Notes: generated by a model from the letters alone, not told the origin. 64,000 nucleotides of DNA from Thermodesulfobacteriota bacterium (GCA_964291405.2 OZ219926.1:3328001-3392000); one strand, 5' to 3'. Counted from the stretch's first letter, positions 9,468-18,471 are shown. Made by a program: numbers and translations.

Positions 9468-10352
9468 TTACGGGACCAAAAGCTCGGCCAGTAATTGAAA
9501 CTCGTGTGCCCGGGGTGAGGTGGTCCGCCAGACGAGGCCGATGGTCCGGCTTGGTTCGGGTTTCCGAAAGGGCAGAATAACAATATGTGAAAGCTGAGGT
9601 GTCTCCACCTCTAACGAGAGCCGAGGCAGGAGGGTAATCCCGATTCCGCCCGCAACCATTTGGACCAGGGTATTCAGGCTGCTGGCGCGAAAGTCTCCAA
9701 CCTCGCTGGCGCCACTGGTGTGACACACGGCCAGTGCCTGGTCCCGCAAACAATGTCCATCGTTTAATAACAGTACCTGTTCACCGGCGATATCGGCCTC
9801 TGTCACACGTTTCCGCTTGGCGAGTCTGTGTCGTGTCGGAACCGCAAGCACAAAAGGGTCGGTTGTCAGCGCCAGGGTCGATACGTTGCCGAGGTCGGCT
9901 TCGAGCGCCACCAAGAGAAGGTCGAGCTTGCCGTGTGACAGCAGCTCCAGCAACCGGTGGGTCAGGTCTTCGTGCAGCCGAACCTGGAGTTGCGGGTAGC
10001 GCTGGTGCAGGGTCGGTAGCATTTTTGGCAGAAGGTAAGGAGCCACGGTTGGGATCACTCCGAGCCGCAGGATTCCAGAAAGGGGCCGGGTCAGGCTGCG
10101 GGCCAAGTCAACGAATTCGTCGCTTGCCGTGAGAATGCCGCGCGCGAGCGGTAATAAGGTCTCTCCGGCCGGGGTGAGAAGCACCGTGCGCTGGCTGCGT
10201 TCGAACAACTGCACGCCCAACAGTCGTTCGAGATCCTTGAGCTGGGCGCTCAGGCCGGGCTGGGTGACAAAACAATCGTCGGCCGCCTCTCGGAAGCTTA
10301 GCCGTTCGGCTAAGGCCGCAAAATATTCCAGTTGCCGAAGGGACATACTCAT
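9468..10352 (-). CDS. oxyR: LysR-type regulator, OxyR-like (H2O2 sensor)
   Basis: LRQLEYF..FREAADDCFVTQPGLSAQL HTH; GVIPTVAPYLLP; LLLNDGHCLRDQALAVC (two conserved Cys); FRASSLNTLVQMV. Confidence 0.88.
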   Translation of the reverse strand: MSMSLRQLEYFAALAERLSFREAADDCFVTQPGLSAQLKDLERLLGVQLFERSQRTVLLTPAGETLLPLARGILTASDEFVDLARSLTRPLSGILRLGVIPTVAPYLLPKMLPTLHQRYPQLQVRLHEDLTHRLLELLSHGKLDLLLVALEADLGNVSTLALTTDPFVLAVPTRHRLAKRKRVTEADIAGEQVLLLNDGHCLRDQALAVCHTSGASEVGDFRASSLNTLVQMVAGGIGITLLPRLSLEVETPQLSHIVILPFRKPEPSRTIGLVWRTTSPRAHEFQLLAELLVP

Positions 10353-10395
10353 AGACAAAATTTATCATATAAGTGAAAATTATCAATTTTATTAT
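10351..10395. promoter_or_regulatory. AT-rich divergent promoter with OxyR/LysR-type binding site
   Basis: ATAG-acaaaat-TTAT (10351-10365) resembles ATAG-N7-CTAT, followed by a weaker half-site; AT-rich island in GC-rich DNA. Confidence 0.6.
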
Positions 10396-10407
10396 TAAGT
10401 TTTATAG

Positions 10408-10512
10408 GACATTATCGACAAGCAGCTTACGCATTTCGACAAGGCTGATCCTGCCTACGGGAACGGGATACGGAAAGCGCTTGAAGTCGATTGTCACAAG
10501 GTCGCCGCATAG
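10408..10512 (+). pseudogene. C-terminal remnant of a monofunctional heme catalase
   Basis: Translates DIIDKQLTHFDKADPAYGNGIRKALEVDCHKVAA-TAG, resembling the catalase C-terminal helix (QL.HF.KADP.YG.G...AL); in-frame TAG just upstream, no start codon; divergent from oxyR. Confidence 0.75.
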
Positions 10513-10703
10513 CGTTCGTCTGGTGTCCTCGCTCCGTAAAGAGCGAGGACAGCCAGCGTTAAGGGCGCGGGAAACTCTTCTGCCCTGTCTGGTGTCCAAG
10601 TCAGGTTCACGTCAAATAGGGACAGGGCATGCATGACCGAGACGGATGATATAAGAATGGCCTTCGTCACTGTTCCGTGTGCGGGAAAGAGGAGGGCCAT
10701 ACT

Positions 10704-11723
10704 ATGGATCGAAAATACTGGTCGTTTGTGATTCCGGCGCTTGAACCGGATTTTGCCACTGCCGTCAAAAAGCTGGAAGACCGCGGCCTTGCCGGGGTGA
10801 CCGTTCCCCAGGTGTATGGCTCGCCGTTTGCACCGCTGGCGGCCGCGGCGGTCTCGACAACGCGGCTCGAACTCGCCACCGGCATCGCTATCGGCCTGAC
10901 GCGCAGCCCGTTTGAGACCGCAGTAACCTCGCTTGACCTCGACCACCTGTCCAAAGGCCGCTTCATTCTGGGTCTGGGCACCGGCCCTAAACACTGGACC
11001 AACGGTTATTTCGGAATGCCGTACGATAAGCCGGTGTCGCGGCTGCGCGAGGTTGTACAGATTCTGCGGCACGTTGAGGACGGCGCTCGCTCCGGGGAGA
11101 TGCAGCCCTGGGAGGGACAGTTCTATCAACTCAAGTTTGATGCCTATCAACCCACACTCCCGCCGTATCGCGACCGTATTCCCGTCTGGATTGCGGCCCT
11201 GCGCCAGCGCATGTGCGAATTGACGGGCGAAGTGGCTGACGGCTTGATCGGGCATCCGGTCTGGTCGGTCGAATGGGCCCTGGGCCAGGCTCAGGAGTCC
11301 GTGGCCGTCGGCGCGGCGCGCACCGGACGCGATCCCGCTGCGGTTCATTTTCAGCCCTGGGTGACAGTTTCTATTGATGAGGACGAAAAGGTGGCCCTAC
11401 AGGATGCCAAGCCCTGGCTGGCCTTCTACTCGGGCTTCAGCCAGTACTCCCCCTATTTCGAGGCGCACGGCTTCGGAGCCGAGGCACGTAAAATCAGTGA
11501 AGCCTCCAAGACAATGAACTGCGTGCAGGCCGCGCAATACGTGCCGGACGAAATGGTCCGGGCCTTTGGGGCGCACGGCACACCAGACCAGGTCCGGGAG
11601 CGGATTGAGCCCTTGTGGCAACGGGCCAACTCCATGTGTATCGTTCCGCCCAACTGGGGAATGACACCCGAAAAACTGGCGAAAAAGATCCGGATGATTG
11701 CCGATACCTTCTGGCCTCGGTAG
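10704..11723 (+). CDS. LLM-class flavin/F420-dependent oxidoreductase
   Basis: LELATGIAIGLTRSP, LSKGRFILGLG, IPVWIAAL, GEVADG; ATG 10704 after GAGGAGG. Confidence 0.9.
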   Translation: MDRKYWSFVIPALEPDFATAVKKLEDRGLAGVTVPQVYGSPFAPLAAAAVSTTRLELATGIAIGLTRSPFETAVTSLDLDHLSKGRFILGLGTGPKHWTNGYFGMPYDKPVSRLREVVQILRHVEDGARSGEMQPWEGQFYQLKFDAYQPTLPPYRDRIPVWIAALRQRMCELTGEVADGLIGHPVWSVEWALGQAQESVAVGAARTGRDPAAVHFQPWVTVSIDEDEKVALQDAKPWLAFYSGFSQYSPYFEAHGFGAEARKISEASKTMNCVQAAQYVPDEMVRAFGAHGTPDQVRERIEPLWQRANSMCIVPPNWGMTPEKLAKKIRMIADTFWPR

Positions 11724-11756
11724 GAAGGCGTACCGGTCGCTCTCAGGAGGAAGCCC

Positions 11757-12554
11757 ATGGATTTTCGTTATCTGCTGATTGAACACGACCACGGCATCTG
11801 CCGTATTACTCTGAATCGCCCCGAACGCCTGAACGCGATTAACATCCGAGTCGGCCTGGAACTGCTCCAGGCGTTTGAGGCGTGCGATTATGATGACTCG
11901 GTCCGGGCCGTTATCCTGACCGGGGCGGGGCGGGCCTTCTGTGCTGGTGACGATCTCAAGGGCATGGCCGAACCCGACCAACCGGAACGGAGATTCGCAG
12001 ATACGGTCAAGCACTACGTCCAGGGCGAAGGCCGCTGGCCTCTGGTGGTGGCCAAGATGCGTGCCCTGTCCAAGCCGGTCATCGGCATGATTAACGGGCA
12101 CGCGCACGGGGCCGGCTTTAACCTTGCTCTGGGCTGTGACCTGCGCGTCATGGCCGATTCAGCAACTTTGTGTATTCCGTTCGTGAAGCGCGGTATCGCG
12201 ACCGGCACCAGTCTGCTGCAACAGTTCGTGGGTATCGGCAAAGCCCTGGAGTGGGCGCTGCTCGGCACCCAGCTTTCGGCCCAGGAAGCGGAACGCTGGG
12301 GGCTAGCCAACCGTGTGGTGTCACTGGAAAAACTGGAAGAAGCCACCCTGGAACTCGCGAGCGAATTAGCCCAGGGACCGACGCAAACCTACGGCTTTAC
12401 CAAGTCGGCTGTTATTCACGGCTGGGATGCCCCACCCGAACGGGCGTATGAGTATCAGGGTCAGGCCTATCTGTTGTCACACCAAACAGAAGACTTTCAG
12501 GAAGGTCGTCAGGCCTTTCTCGAAAAACGTCCTCCGCGTTTTCAGGGACGGTAA
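11757..12554 (+). CDS. Enoyl-CoA hydratase/isomerase family protein
   Basis: ITLNRPERLNA, GRAFCAGDD, INGHAHGAG, TEDFQEG..AFLEKR. Confidence 0.92.
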   Translation: MDFRYLLIEHDHGICRITLNRPERLNAINIRVGLELLQAFEACDYDDSVRAVILTGAGRAFCAGDDLKGMAEPDQPERRFADTVKHYVQGEGRWPLVVAKMRALSKPVIGMINGHAHGAGFNLALGCDLRVMADSATLCIPFVKRGIATGTSLLQQFVGIGKALEWALLGTQLSAQEAERWGLANRVVSLEKLEEATLELASELAQGPTQTYGFTKSAVIHGWDAPPERAYEYQGQAYLLSHQTEDFQEGRQAFLEKRPPRFQGR

Positions 12555-12589
12555 ACAAGCGGCCCGTATGAGGCTTATACACGCCGAGA

Positions 12590-12694
12590 CCATGAACCCA
12601 CCCCGGCGCTACGCGCCACCCCTCCAAGGAGGGGATAGAGGGACTCCATGACTCAAAGGACCCCACCGGCCTCATCGACTCAACAGACCCAAAT
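12590..12694 (+). repeat. Composite intergenic repeat copy A: double palindrome + 9-mer array
   Basis: ccatgaacccaccccggcgctacgcgccacCCCTCCaaGGAGGGgatag then gactcaaag/gaccccacc/ggcctcatc/gactcaaca/gacccaaat. Confidence 0.85.
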
Positions 12695-12718
12695 TCAGCC
12701 TCACGCCAGGAGCGTTAC

Positions 12719-13699
12719 ATGACGAAACAACACACCATCGTTTTTCTCCACTCCCACGGGTTAGTCCCGCCCGAAGTTATTCACATGGTCAATGAGCAAC
12801 TGCCGGCGGGTTTTCGCATGGATTTTTTGGAGCAAAGCTCTCCAGCCGATACGCGATTGGAAAAAATAGCACACGCAGACTTCATTCTGGCCTATCCGGG
12901 CAATCCCACCGCGGACGAACTGAATGCGGCAAAACAGCTCAAGCTGTTTCAGATGTTGAGTGCGGGCTATGAATGGATCGACCTGGGGCTCTTCCAAAAA
13001 CTCGGAGTGCCGGTTGCCAATAACGGCGGAGCTAACGCGCCAACCGTGGCCGAGCATGCCATCCTCTTAATCTTGGCGGTCTTCAAAAAACTTCCCCTCC
13101 ACCACAACACTCTGCACGAAGGGCAGTGGCTTGGGGCACGAGAAACGCTTCAGATGCGCGAGTTGCGCAACAAGACCGTGGGCATTATTGGCTTCGGCCG
13201 TATCGGCCGGGAGTTTGCGCGGATTGCAAAAGGGTTTCAGGCGAACATTCTCTATTACGACACGATCCGGGCACCAACTGCTATTGAGCAAGAGGTCGGT
13301 GCTGAGCGGCTGGCGCTGGACGATCTTCTGCAACGAGCGGACGTCGTTTCTGTTCATACGCCGCTGACTGCCGAGACCAAAGGACTCATCAACACTCGGA
13401 CGCTCAGCCTGATGAAACCCTCCGCCATTCTGGTCAACACGTCGCGCGGACCGGTAATAGACGAACCCGCACTCATAGAAGCGCTACAAAACAATCGCAT
13501 CGCCGGGGCCGGACTGGATGTTTTTACTGCCGAGCCCCTGGAAACCGATAGCCCGCTGTTAGCGCTGGACAATGTAGTGCTGACCTCACATATTGCCGGA
13601 GTCACGCTGGATACCTGGAGCCGCCGGATTACGTTCGGTTTTGCCAATATCGAACGGGTTGCTGCAGGGCAGTCGCCGGAGTCGGTGATTACGGGGTAG
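12719..13699 (+). CDS. D-isomer-specific 2-hydroxyacid dehydrogenase
   Basis: VAEHA, VGIIGFGRIG, HTPLTAET, VNTSRG, AGLDVF..EP, SHIAG. Confidence 0.93.
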   Translation: MTKQHTIVFLHSHGLVPPEVIHMVNEQLPAGFRMDFLEQSSPADTRLEKIAHADFILAYPGNPTADELNAAKQLKLFQMLSAGYEWIDLGLFQKLGVPVANNGGANAPTVAEHAILLILAVFKKLPLHHNTLHEGQWLGARETLQMRELRNKTVGIIGFGRIGREFARIAKGFQANILYYDTIRAPTAIEQEVGAERLALDDLLQRADVVSVHTPLTAETKGLINTRTLSLMKPSAILVNTSRGPVIDEPALIEALQNNRIAGAGLDVFTAEPLETDSPLLALDNVVLTSHIAGVTLDTWSRRITFGFANIERVAAGQSPESVITG

Positions 13700-13818
13700 G
13701 GGAGTCGTTGAGTCTGTTGGGTCGATTGAGTCGATTGGGTCGGGTGGGTCGGATGAGTCACGCAGTCTCCCTATCCCCTCCTTGGAGGGGTGGCCCGTAG
13801 GGCCGGGGTGGGTCATGG
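13700..13818 (-). repeat. Composite intergenic repeat copy B (inverted relative to A)
   Basis: Reverse complement ccatgacccaccccggccctacgggccacCCCTCCaaGGAGGGgatagggagactgcgt then gactcatcc/gacccaccc/gacccaatc/gactcaatc/gacccaaca/gactcaac. Confidence 0.85.
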
Positions 13819-13826
13819 GATAGGGC

Positions 13827-14522
13827 GTGACAATGTCGTGGTTGTGTCACATATTCGCCATTCGCTTTATCGCTGTCCTCCTCTCAAGCTTCGGACTCAC
13901 CGCATCTACCCTCGTGACTTCTGCGCTCGCAGTCGACCTTGAACAACACGTCCACAGGCTGATCAACGAGCACCGGGTTTCGCAGGGGCTAAAGCCTTTA
14001 GCCTTCAATCCGGAAATTTCTGTCGTTGCTCGCCGTCATAGTCGGGATATGGCGACCGGGCGGGTTGGGTTTGGTCATGGAGGAATTGAAAGGCGCCGAC
14101 AAGAGATAGCCGGATTCATTGCGCGTGCTGGGGTCGGTGAGAATGTCGCCATGGTTCCAGCAGGATCATCCCATGTCGGAGCTGTCGCTGTCTCCAATTG
14201 GTTGGAGAGTCCCGGCCACCGGCGCAATATTGAAGGTTCCTATGATCTCACTGGGGTTGGAATTGCCCAGGGACCAGCCGGTGAGTACTACTTTACTCAA
14301 CTCTTTGTGAGGACGCCGTTCCACCGTCCGGGAACCCCTAGAGGTGACACACCGTACCCTATGCCCGCACCGCGCGATACAAAGAGCGAGTCCCGAGTCG
14401 TCGAAACCCGGCAGCCATCTGATTATAAGCGTCCGCTAAGAAAACCACGCCGCGAAAAAGACCCACGCAAGCGCCCAGGGCGAAAAAGAACGGCCGATGG
14501 ATGGGTTCAGACGCTGGATTAA
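13827..14522 (+). CDS. CAP/SCP domain exported protein with basic Pro-rich tail
   Basis: Signal-like N-terminus; LINEHR, ARRHSRDMA, GENVA, WLESPGHRRNI, TGVG, YFTQLF. Confidence 0.88.
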   Translation: MTMSWLCHIFAIRFIAVLLSSFGLTASTLVTSALAVDLEQHVHRLINEHRVSQGLKPLAFNPEISVVARRHSRDMATGRVGFGHGGIERRRQEIAGFIARAGVGENVAMVPAGSSHVGAVAVSNWLESPGHRRNIEGSYDLTGVGIAQGPAGEYYFTQLFVRTPFHRPGTPRGDTPYPMPAPRDTKSESRVVETRQPSDYKRPLRKPRREKDPRKRPGRKRTADGWVQTLD

Positions 14523-14575
14523 ACCTTGTCAGCGAATCGAAGGTTTGCCCGGTCCACTGACTAATTGCATGACGC

Positions 14576-15718
14576 TCAATAGCCCCGCAGCCGTGCCCAG
14601 CGATCCCGATGCCAGGCGGCATCGCCAAAGGTCATCTCCGCGGCGCGAGCGCGTTTCATATACAGGCCGGCATCGTGCTCGTCGGTCATACCAATACCGC
14701 CGTGCATTTGGACCCCCTCGTTGGTCGCCAGGATAAAGGCATCGGAGCAGCGGGCCTTAGCCAGGGAGACCAGCAGGGCCAGGTCACTCTCACCAGTATC
14801 CGCGGCGTTTGTCGCGGCCATCACGGCTGAGCGACACAGTTCAATCTCCATGAAAACTTTGGCCGCCCGATGTTTGAGGGCCTGAAAGGAGCCGATGACC
14901 ACTCCGAATTGTTCGCGTGTCTTGAGGTAGGCGAGCGTATCGTCAAAAATCTGACTCATCCCGCCCAGCATCTCGGCGCACAGGCCGACCGTGGCGAGAT
15001 CAACAGTATGTGAGAGCGCCTGAAAGCCGTGATCGACTGTCCCGACGACGGACTCGGCACCGATTTTCACTCCATCGAGATTGACCAGCGCCGCGGCACG
15101 ATTATCAACCCGGGTCTGGGGGATGATCGCCACACCGGGCGTATCCGGTACAATTAGAAAGAGGGTGATGCCGTCCTGATCGCTGTCTTCGCCGGCGGTG
15201 CGGACCGAGACAATCAGCGCATCCGCGTTCTGTCCGTCCAGGACCTGAATCTTTTCGCCCGACAGCCTCCAGGCGTCTCCTTCGGCTGTGGCCTGTGTGG
15301 AAACCCGATTCAGGTCATAGCGGCTACGCGCCTCCTGATAGGCAAGCGCAAGAATCTTTTCGCCCGTCGCGACGCCTGGGAGCCAAGTCTGTTTTTGTTC
15401 AGGGCTACCGGCGTGCGCAAGCAATTGACCGCCAAGCAAGACGGTTGAGAGAAAGGGCTCCGGAGCAAGATTACGGCCCACGGCTTCCTGTACAACCGCA
15501 AGATCGGCCAGGCCCATGCCAGCACCGCCATATTCCTCGGGAATCAGAATACCCGCCCATCCGAGCTGGGCCATCTCCTGCCACATATCCCGTGAGAAAC
15601 CCACACTGTCTTGGGCTTCACGCAGCGCGCGCAGCCGGCTGATCGGAGAGTTGGTACGGACGAAATCACGCGCAGTCTGCGCTAAAAGTTCCTGATCTTC
15701 AGTCAGCACAAGTGCCAC
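14576..15718 (-). CDS. Acyl-CoA dehydrogenase (short partner subunit type)
   Basis: LTEDQELL, LGWAGILIPEEYGGAG, YLKTREQFG..IGSFQALKH, VQMHGGIGMT.EH. Confidence 0.92.
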   Translation of the reverse strand: MALVLTEDQELLAQTARDFVRTNSPISRLRALREAQDSVGFSRDMWQEMAQLGWAGILIPEEYGGAGMGLADLAVVQEAVGRNLAPEPFLSTVLLGGQLLAHAGSPEQKQTWLPGVATGEKILALAYQEARSRYDLNRVSTQATAEGDAWRLSGEKIQVLDGQNADALIVSVRTAGEDSDQDGITLFLIVPDTPGVAIIPQTRVDNRAAALVNLDGVKIGAESVVGTVDHGFQALSHTVDLATVGLCAEMLGGMSQIFDDTLAYLKTREQFGVVIGSFQALKHRAAKVFMEIELCRSAVMAATNAADTGESDLALLVSLAKARCSDAFILATNEGVQMHGGIGMTDEHDAGLYMKRARAAEMTFGDAAWHRDRWARLRGY

Positions 15719-15728
15719 AATACCTCTC

Positions 15729-15828
15729 CTCTATCCCCTCCTTGGAGGGAAAGAGGAAACATGTCTTCGACAGAATAGGCCGATGTTGACATGTTTCCTC
15801 TTTGTAGCCCGAAGGGCCGGGGTAGGTC
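15729..15828 (-). repeat. Palindromic repeat copy C, interrupted by a 54-bp insert
   Basis: ctctatcccctccttggaggg (15729-15749) + insert + gtagcccgaagggccggggtaggtc (15804-15828) reconstitutes the copy B sequence. Confidence 0.8.
15750..15803. mobile_element. 54-bp MITE-like insert with perfect 16-bp terminal inverted repeats
   Basis: aaagaggaaacatgtc (15750-15765) ... gacatgtttcctcttt (15788-15803); absent from copies A, B, D. Confidence 0.55.
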
Positions 15829-15846
15829 TCTCCCCCATCCTTTCCC

Positions 15847-17043
15847 TTAATCAGGTAATCCCAGTACACGCTTGGCGATGATATTGAGTTGGATCTCACT
15901 CGTCCCGCCCTCAATCGTATTGCCTCGGGAGCGCAGCCAGTCGCGGGTGAGGGTGAGCTCAACGTCTTCGAAACCCGGTCCTTCCCAGCCCAGGGCGTGC
16001 GGGCCGGCAATCGACACCAACAGTTCAAGACGACGCTGGTTCAGCTCAGTACCGTAGATTTTAAACATCGAGCTTTCCGGCCCTGGGGGCCGACCGGCTT
16101 TGGCCGCATCGCGGGCACGTTCCGTAGTGAGGCGAAAGGCGCGACTGTCCATTTCGTACTGCACCATACGATCCCTGATTGCGGAGTCCGCCACCCGGTC
16201 GCCGTCCAGTCCAAGATGCTCCTTGGCCCAGTCCTGCATGCTTCGACCCTTACCCGCCGTCGTGCCGAAGGCCGAGGCAATCATATTGCGCTCATGATTC
16301 AGTAGAGACTTGGCCACCGTCCAGCCTTTGTCCACCTCAAAGATGACATTCTTGGCCGGGGCATGCACATCGGTCAAAAAGGTCTCGCAGAAAGGTGAGG
16401 CTCCACTAATGAGTTTAATGGGACGGGTTTCCACGCCCGGCGATTCCATGTCTACCAATAGGAAGGTGATGCCTTCCTGTTTTTTAGCCTCCGGGTTAGT
16501 CCGGACGAGCATGAACATCCAGTCCGCCAGATTGGCAAACGACGTCCATACCTTCTGGCCGTTAATCACGTAGTGGTCGCCCTCAAGGACGGCCCGGGTT
16601 TTGAGAGAAGCCAGGTCGCTGCCTGAACCCGGTTCGGAATAGCCCTGACACCAGCGAATCTCGCCCTTGATAATCCCCGGTAGATGTTCGTGTTTTTGTT
16701 CTTCGGTACCGTATTGTAAGAGGGTCGGACCAATCATGGTCAGGCCAAAGCCGATCAACGGTGCCGGCAGTTGCAGGGTATTCATCTCCTGCTGCAACAT
16801 CTTGGCTTCGTCCTTGGAGAGCCCGCCGCCGCCGTACTGGGTTGGCCACTCGGGTGCGGTCCAGCCGCGCTCGGCCATGACATCGAGCCAGACTTTCATA
16901 TCGGGATTCGGGTATCTGGCCTTCCGTCCGCCCCAATTCCCGTCAAGCATGGTATTCCCCACGCCGCGGATCGAAGCCGGGGCGTGGGCGTCCAGCCACT
17001 GATGTGTCTCAGTACGAAACGTTTCGAGATCGGCCATGTCCAC
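15847..17043 (-). CDS. Acyl-CoA dehydrogenase (long partner subunit type)
   Basis: WCQGYSEPGSGSDLASL, INGQKVWTS, KQEGITFLLVDM, TIEGGTSEIQLNIIAKRVLGLP. Confidence 0.93.
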   Translation of the reverse strand: MDMADLETFRTETHQWLDAHAPASIRGVGNTMLDGNWGGRKARYPNPDMKVWLDVMAERGWTAPEWPTQYGGGGLSKDEAKMLQQEMNTLQLPAPLIGFGLTMIGPTLLQYGTEEQKHEHLPGIIKGEIRWCQGYSEPGSGSDLASLKTRAVLEGDHYVINGQKVWTSFANLADWMFMLVRTNPEAKKQEGITFLLVDMESPGVETRPIKLISGASPFCETFLTDVHAPAKNVIFEVDKGWTVAKSLLNHERNMIASAFGTTAGKGRSMQDWAKEHLGLDGDRVADSAIRDRMVQYEMDSRAFRLTTERARDAAKAGRPPGPESSMFKIYGTELNQRRLELLVSIAGPHALGWEGPGFEDVELTLTRDWLRSRGNTIEGGTSEIQLNIIAKRVLGLPD

Positions 17044-17058
17044 TCCTCCTCAATAGAA

Positions 17059-17080
17059 AGGGCGACCGTTGGGTCGCCCT
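17059..17080. repeat. Intergenic hairpin (REP-like or terminator)
   Basis: AGGGCGACC-gttg-GGTCGCCCT perfect 9-bp stem between co-oriented genes. Confidence 0.6.
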
Positions 17081-17128
17081 TATTCGAGCAAGATTCAGCG
17101 CTTTGGACAAGCGCGGGGTGATTGGTGC

Positions 17129-18253
17129 TTACGCTGCGGCCGCAGCGGGCGCCGGCATGTTCAGGGGTTCCGGGTCCTGGAGCGGCTGCGTATCCCACTT
17201 CTTGAGTTCCGGCAGGACATGCTTGGCAAAGCACTTCATGCTGCCCTCGGCCTCGTCGTAGGGCATCCCGGCGTAGCTGAAGTTGCACATAATGGCTTTC
17301 ATGTCGATCGTGTCACGGATGAATTCGAGTTTCCGCAGCACCTGATCGGGTGTCCCCCACGGCATGAGTTTGACAAAGTCTCTGGCGGCTCCGTCCATGC
17401 CATGCTGCTCAATATATTTTCCGACGTTGCTGTAGAACTCATAGCCCTTGTTCTGACCAAAGTGTTTGGCCGTCATCTGATAGTGATTCATGGCCGTGTG
17501 ATAATAGGCTCCGATCCACTTGGTGGCATGCTCTTCGGCCCGCTTGGCATCTTCATCAACATAGAAGAACCCGCCACAGAACGGCTGGGGTGGCTTGGTA
17601 CCGGGATTCTCTTCCTGCCAGACTTTATGGTAGACCTCGAAATCTCCTCTGACGACATCCCACGGTTTTTGCGGAATGACCAGCAGGCCGATACCGAGCC
17701 GGGCCATGATCGGCATGGACTCCGGTGAGACCGCCGCGGCATAGGTGCGGCCCTTAAACGAGTAGGCCGGGTAGGGGCGGATATCGCGGCGGGGCTGCTG
17801 GATCGTCGGGCCGCCCTCCATATAGCCTTTCTCCAGTCCATTGATGATAAGTTCGGCGTATTCAACAAAGCGTTCGCGACCTTCGTTCTGGTCGATTCGA
17901 AAGCCGTCATACTCGACCCGGGCCAGACCTCGACCGAAGCCCAGGATCATCCGCCCACCCGACACATGGTCAAGCAGGGAGATTTGCTCGGCAACCCGAA
18001 CCGGATCGTGCCAGGGAAGGACGATGACCATGGTGCCCAGCTTGGCCTTCTTGGTTCTGCCCGCCATATAGGACAGGAACTGAACCGCGTCAGGACACAT
18101 GGTGTAATCCGTAAAGTGGTGCTCGATAGACCAAATTGAGTCAAACCCAAGGGGTTCGGCCATCTCCGCGATCCGAAGCTCCTCGCGGTAGACTTCGGCA
18201 TCGGAGCGAGCGTTTCCAGGGTTCTGAAATACCGGGGCGTAACCAATATGCAT
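17129..18253 (-). CDS. LLM-class flavin-dependent oxidoreductase
   Basis: AEPLGFDSIWSIEHHF, LPWHDPVRVAEQ, GRMILGFGRG, WGTPDQV; ATG 18253 after AGGAGG. Confidence 0.92.
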   Translation of the reverse strand: MHIGYAPVFQNPGNARSDAEVYREELRIAEMAEPLGFDSIWSIEHHFTDYTMCPDAVQFLSYMAGRTKKAKLGTMVIVLPWHDPVRVAEQISLLDHVSGGRMILGFGRGLARVEYDGFRIDQNEGRERFVEYAELIINGLEKGYMEGGPTIQQPRRDIRPYPAYSFKGRTYAAAVSPESMPIMARLGIGLLVIPQKPWDVVRGDFEVYHKVWQEENPGTKPPQPFCGGFFYVDEDAKRAEEHATKWIGAYYHTAMNHYQMTAKHFGQNKGYEFYSNVGKYIEQHGMDGAARDFVKLMPWGTPDQVLRKLEFIRDTIDMKAIMCNFSYAGMPYDEAEGSMKCFAKHVLPELKKWDTQPLQDPEPLNMPAPAAAAA

Positions 18254-18408
18254 AAGGCCTCCTTTATGATCTTTGCTCTGAAACGATGAAGTCCATACTA
18301 TATACAAGCCGGTTCAGTGCGCATAGTCCCTTGCGGCAGTCTCGTCAGGCTAACGGTACGTCATCTGACTCAGTGTCTATGCGAACAATGTAAAGAAAAT
18401 CGGGGCAA

Positions 18409-18450
18409 ACCCACCCCGGCCTGTGGTCACCCCTCCAAGGAGGGGATAGG
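18409..18450 (+). repeat. Palindromic repeat copy D
   Basis: acccaccccggcctgtggtcacCCCTCCaaGGAGGGgatagg. Confidence 0.85.
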
Positions 18451-18471
18451 AGAAACCCCTGTCGAGGAATC

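Noticed and set aside
12590-18450. Repeats as a CRISPR array
   Set aside because: Copies are dispersed, in both orientations, without regular spacers; no cas genes in the window.
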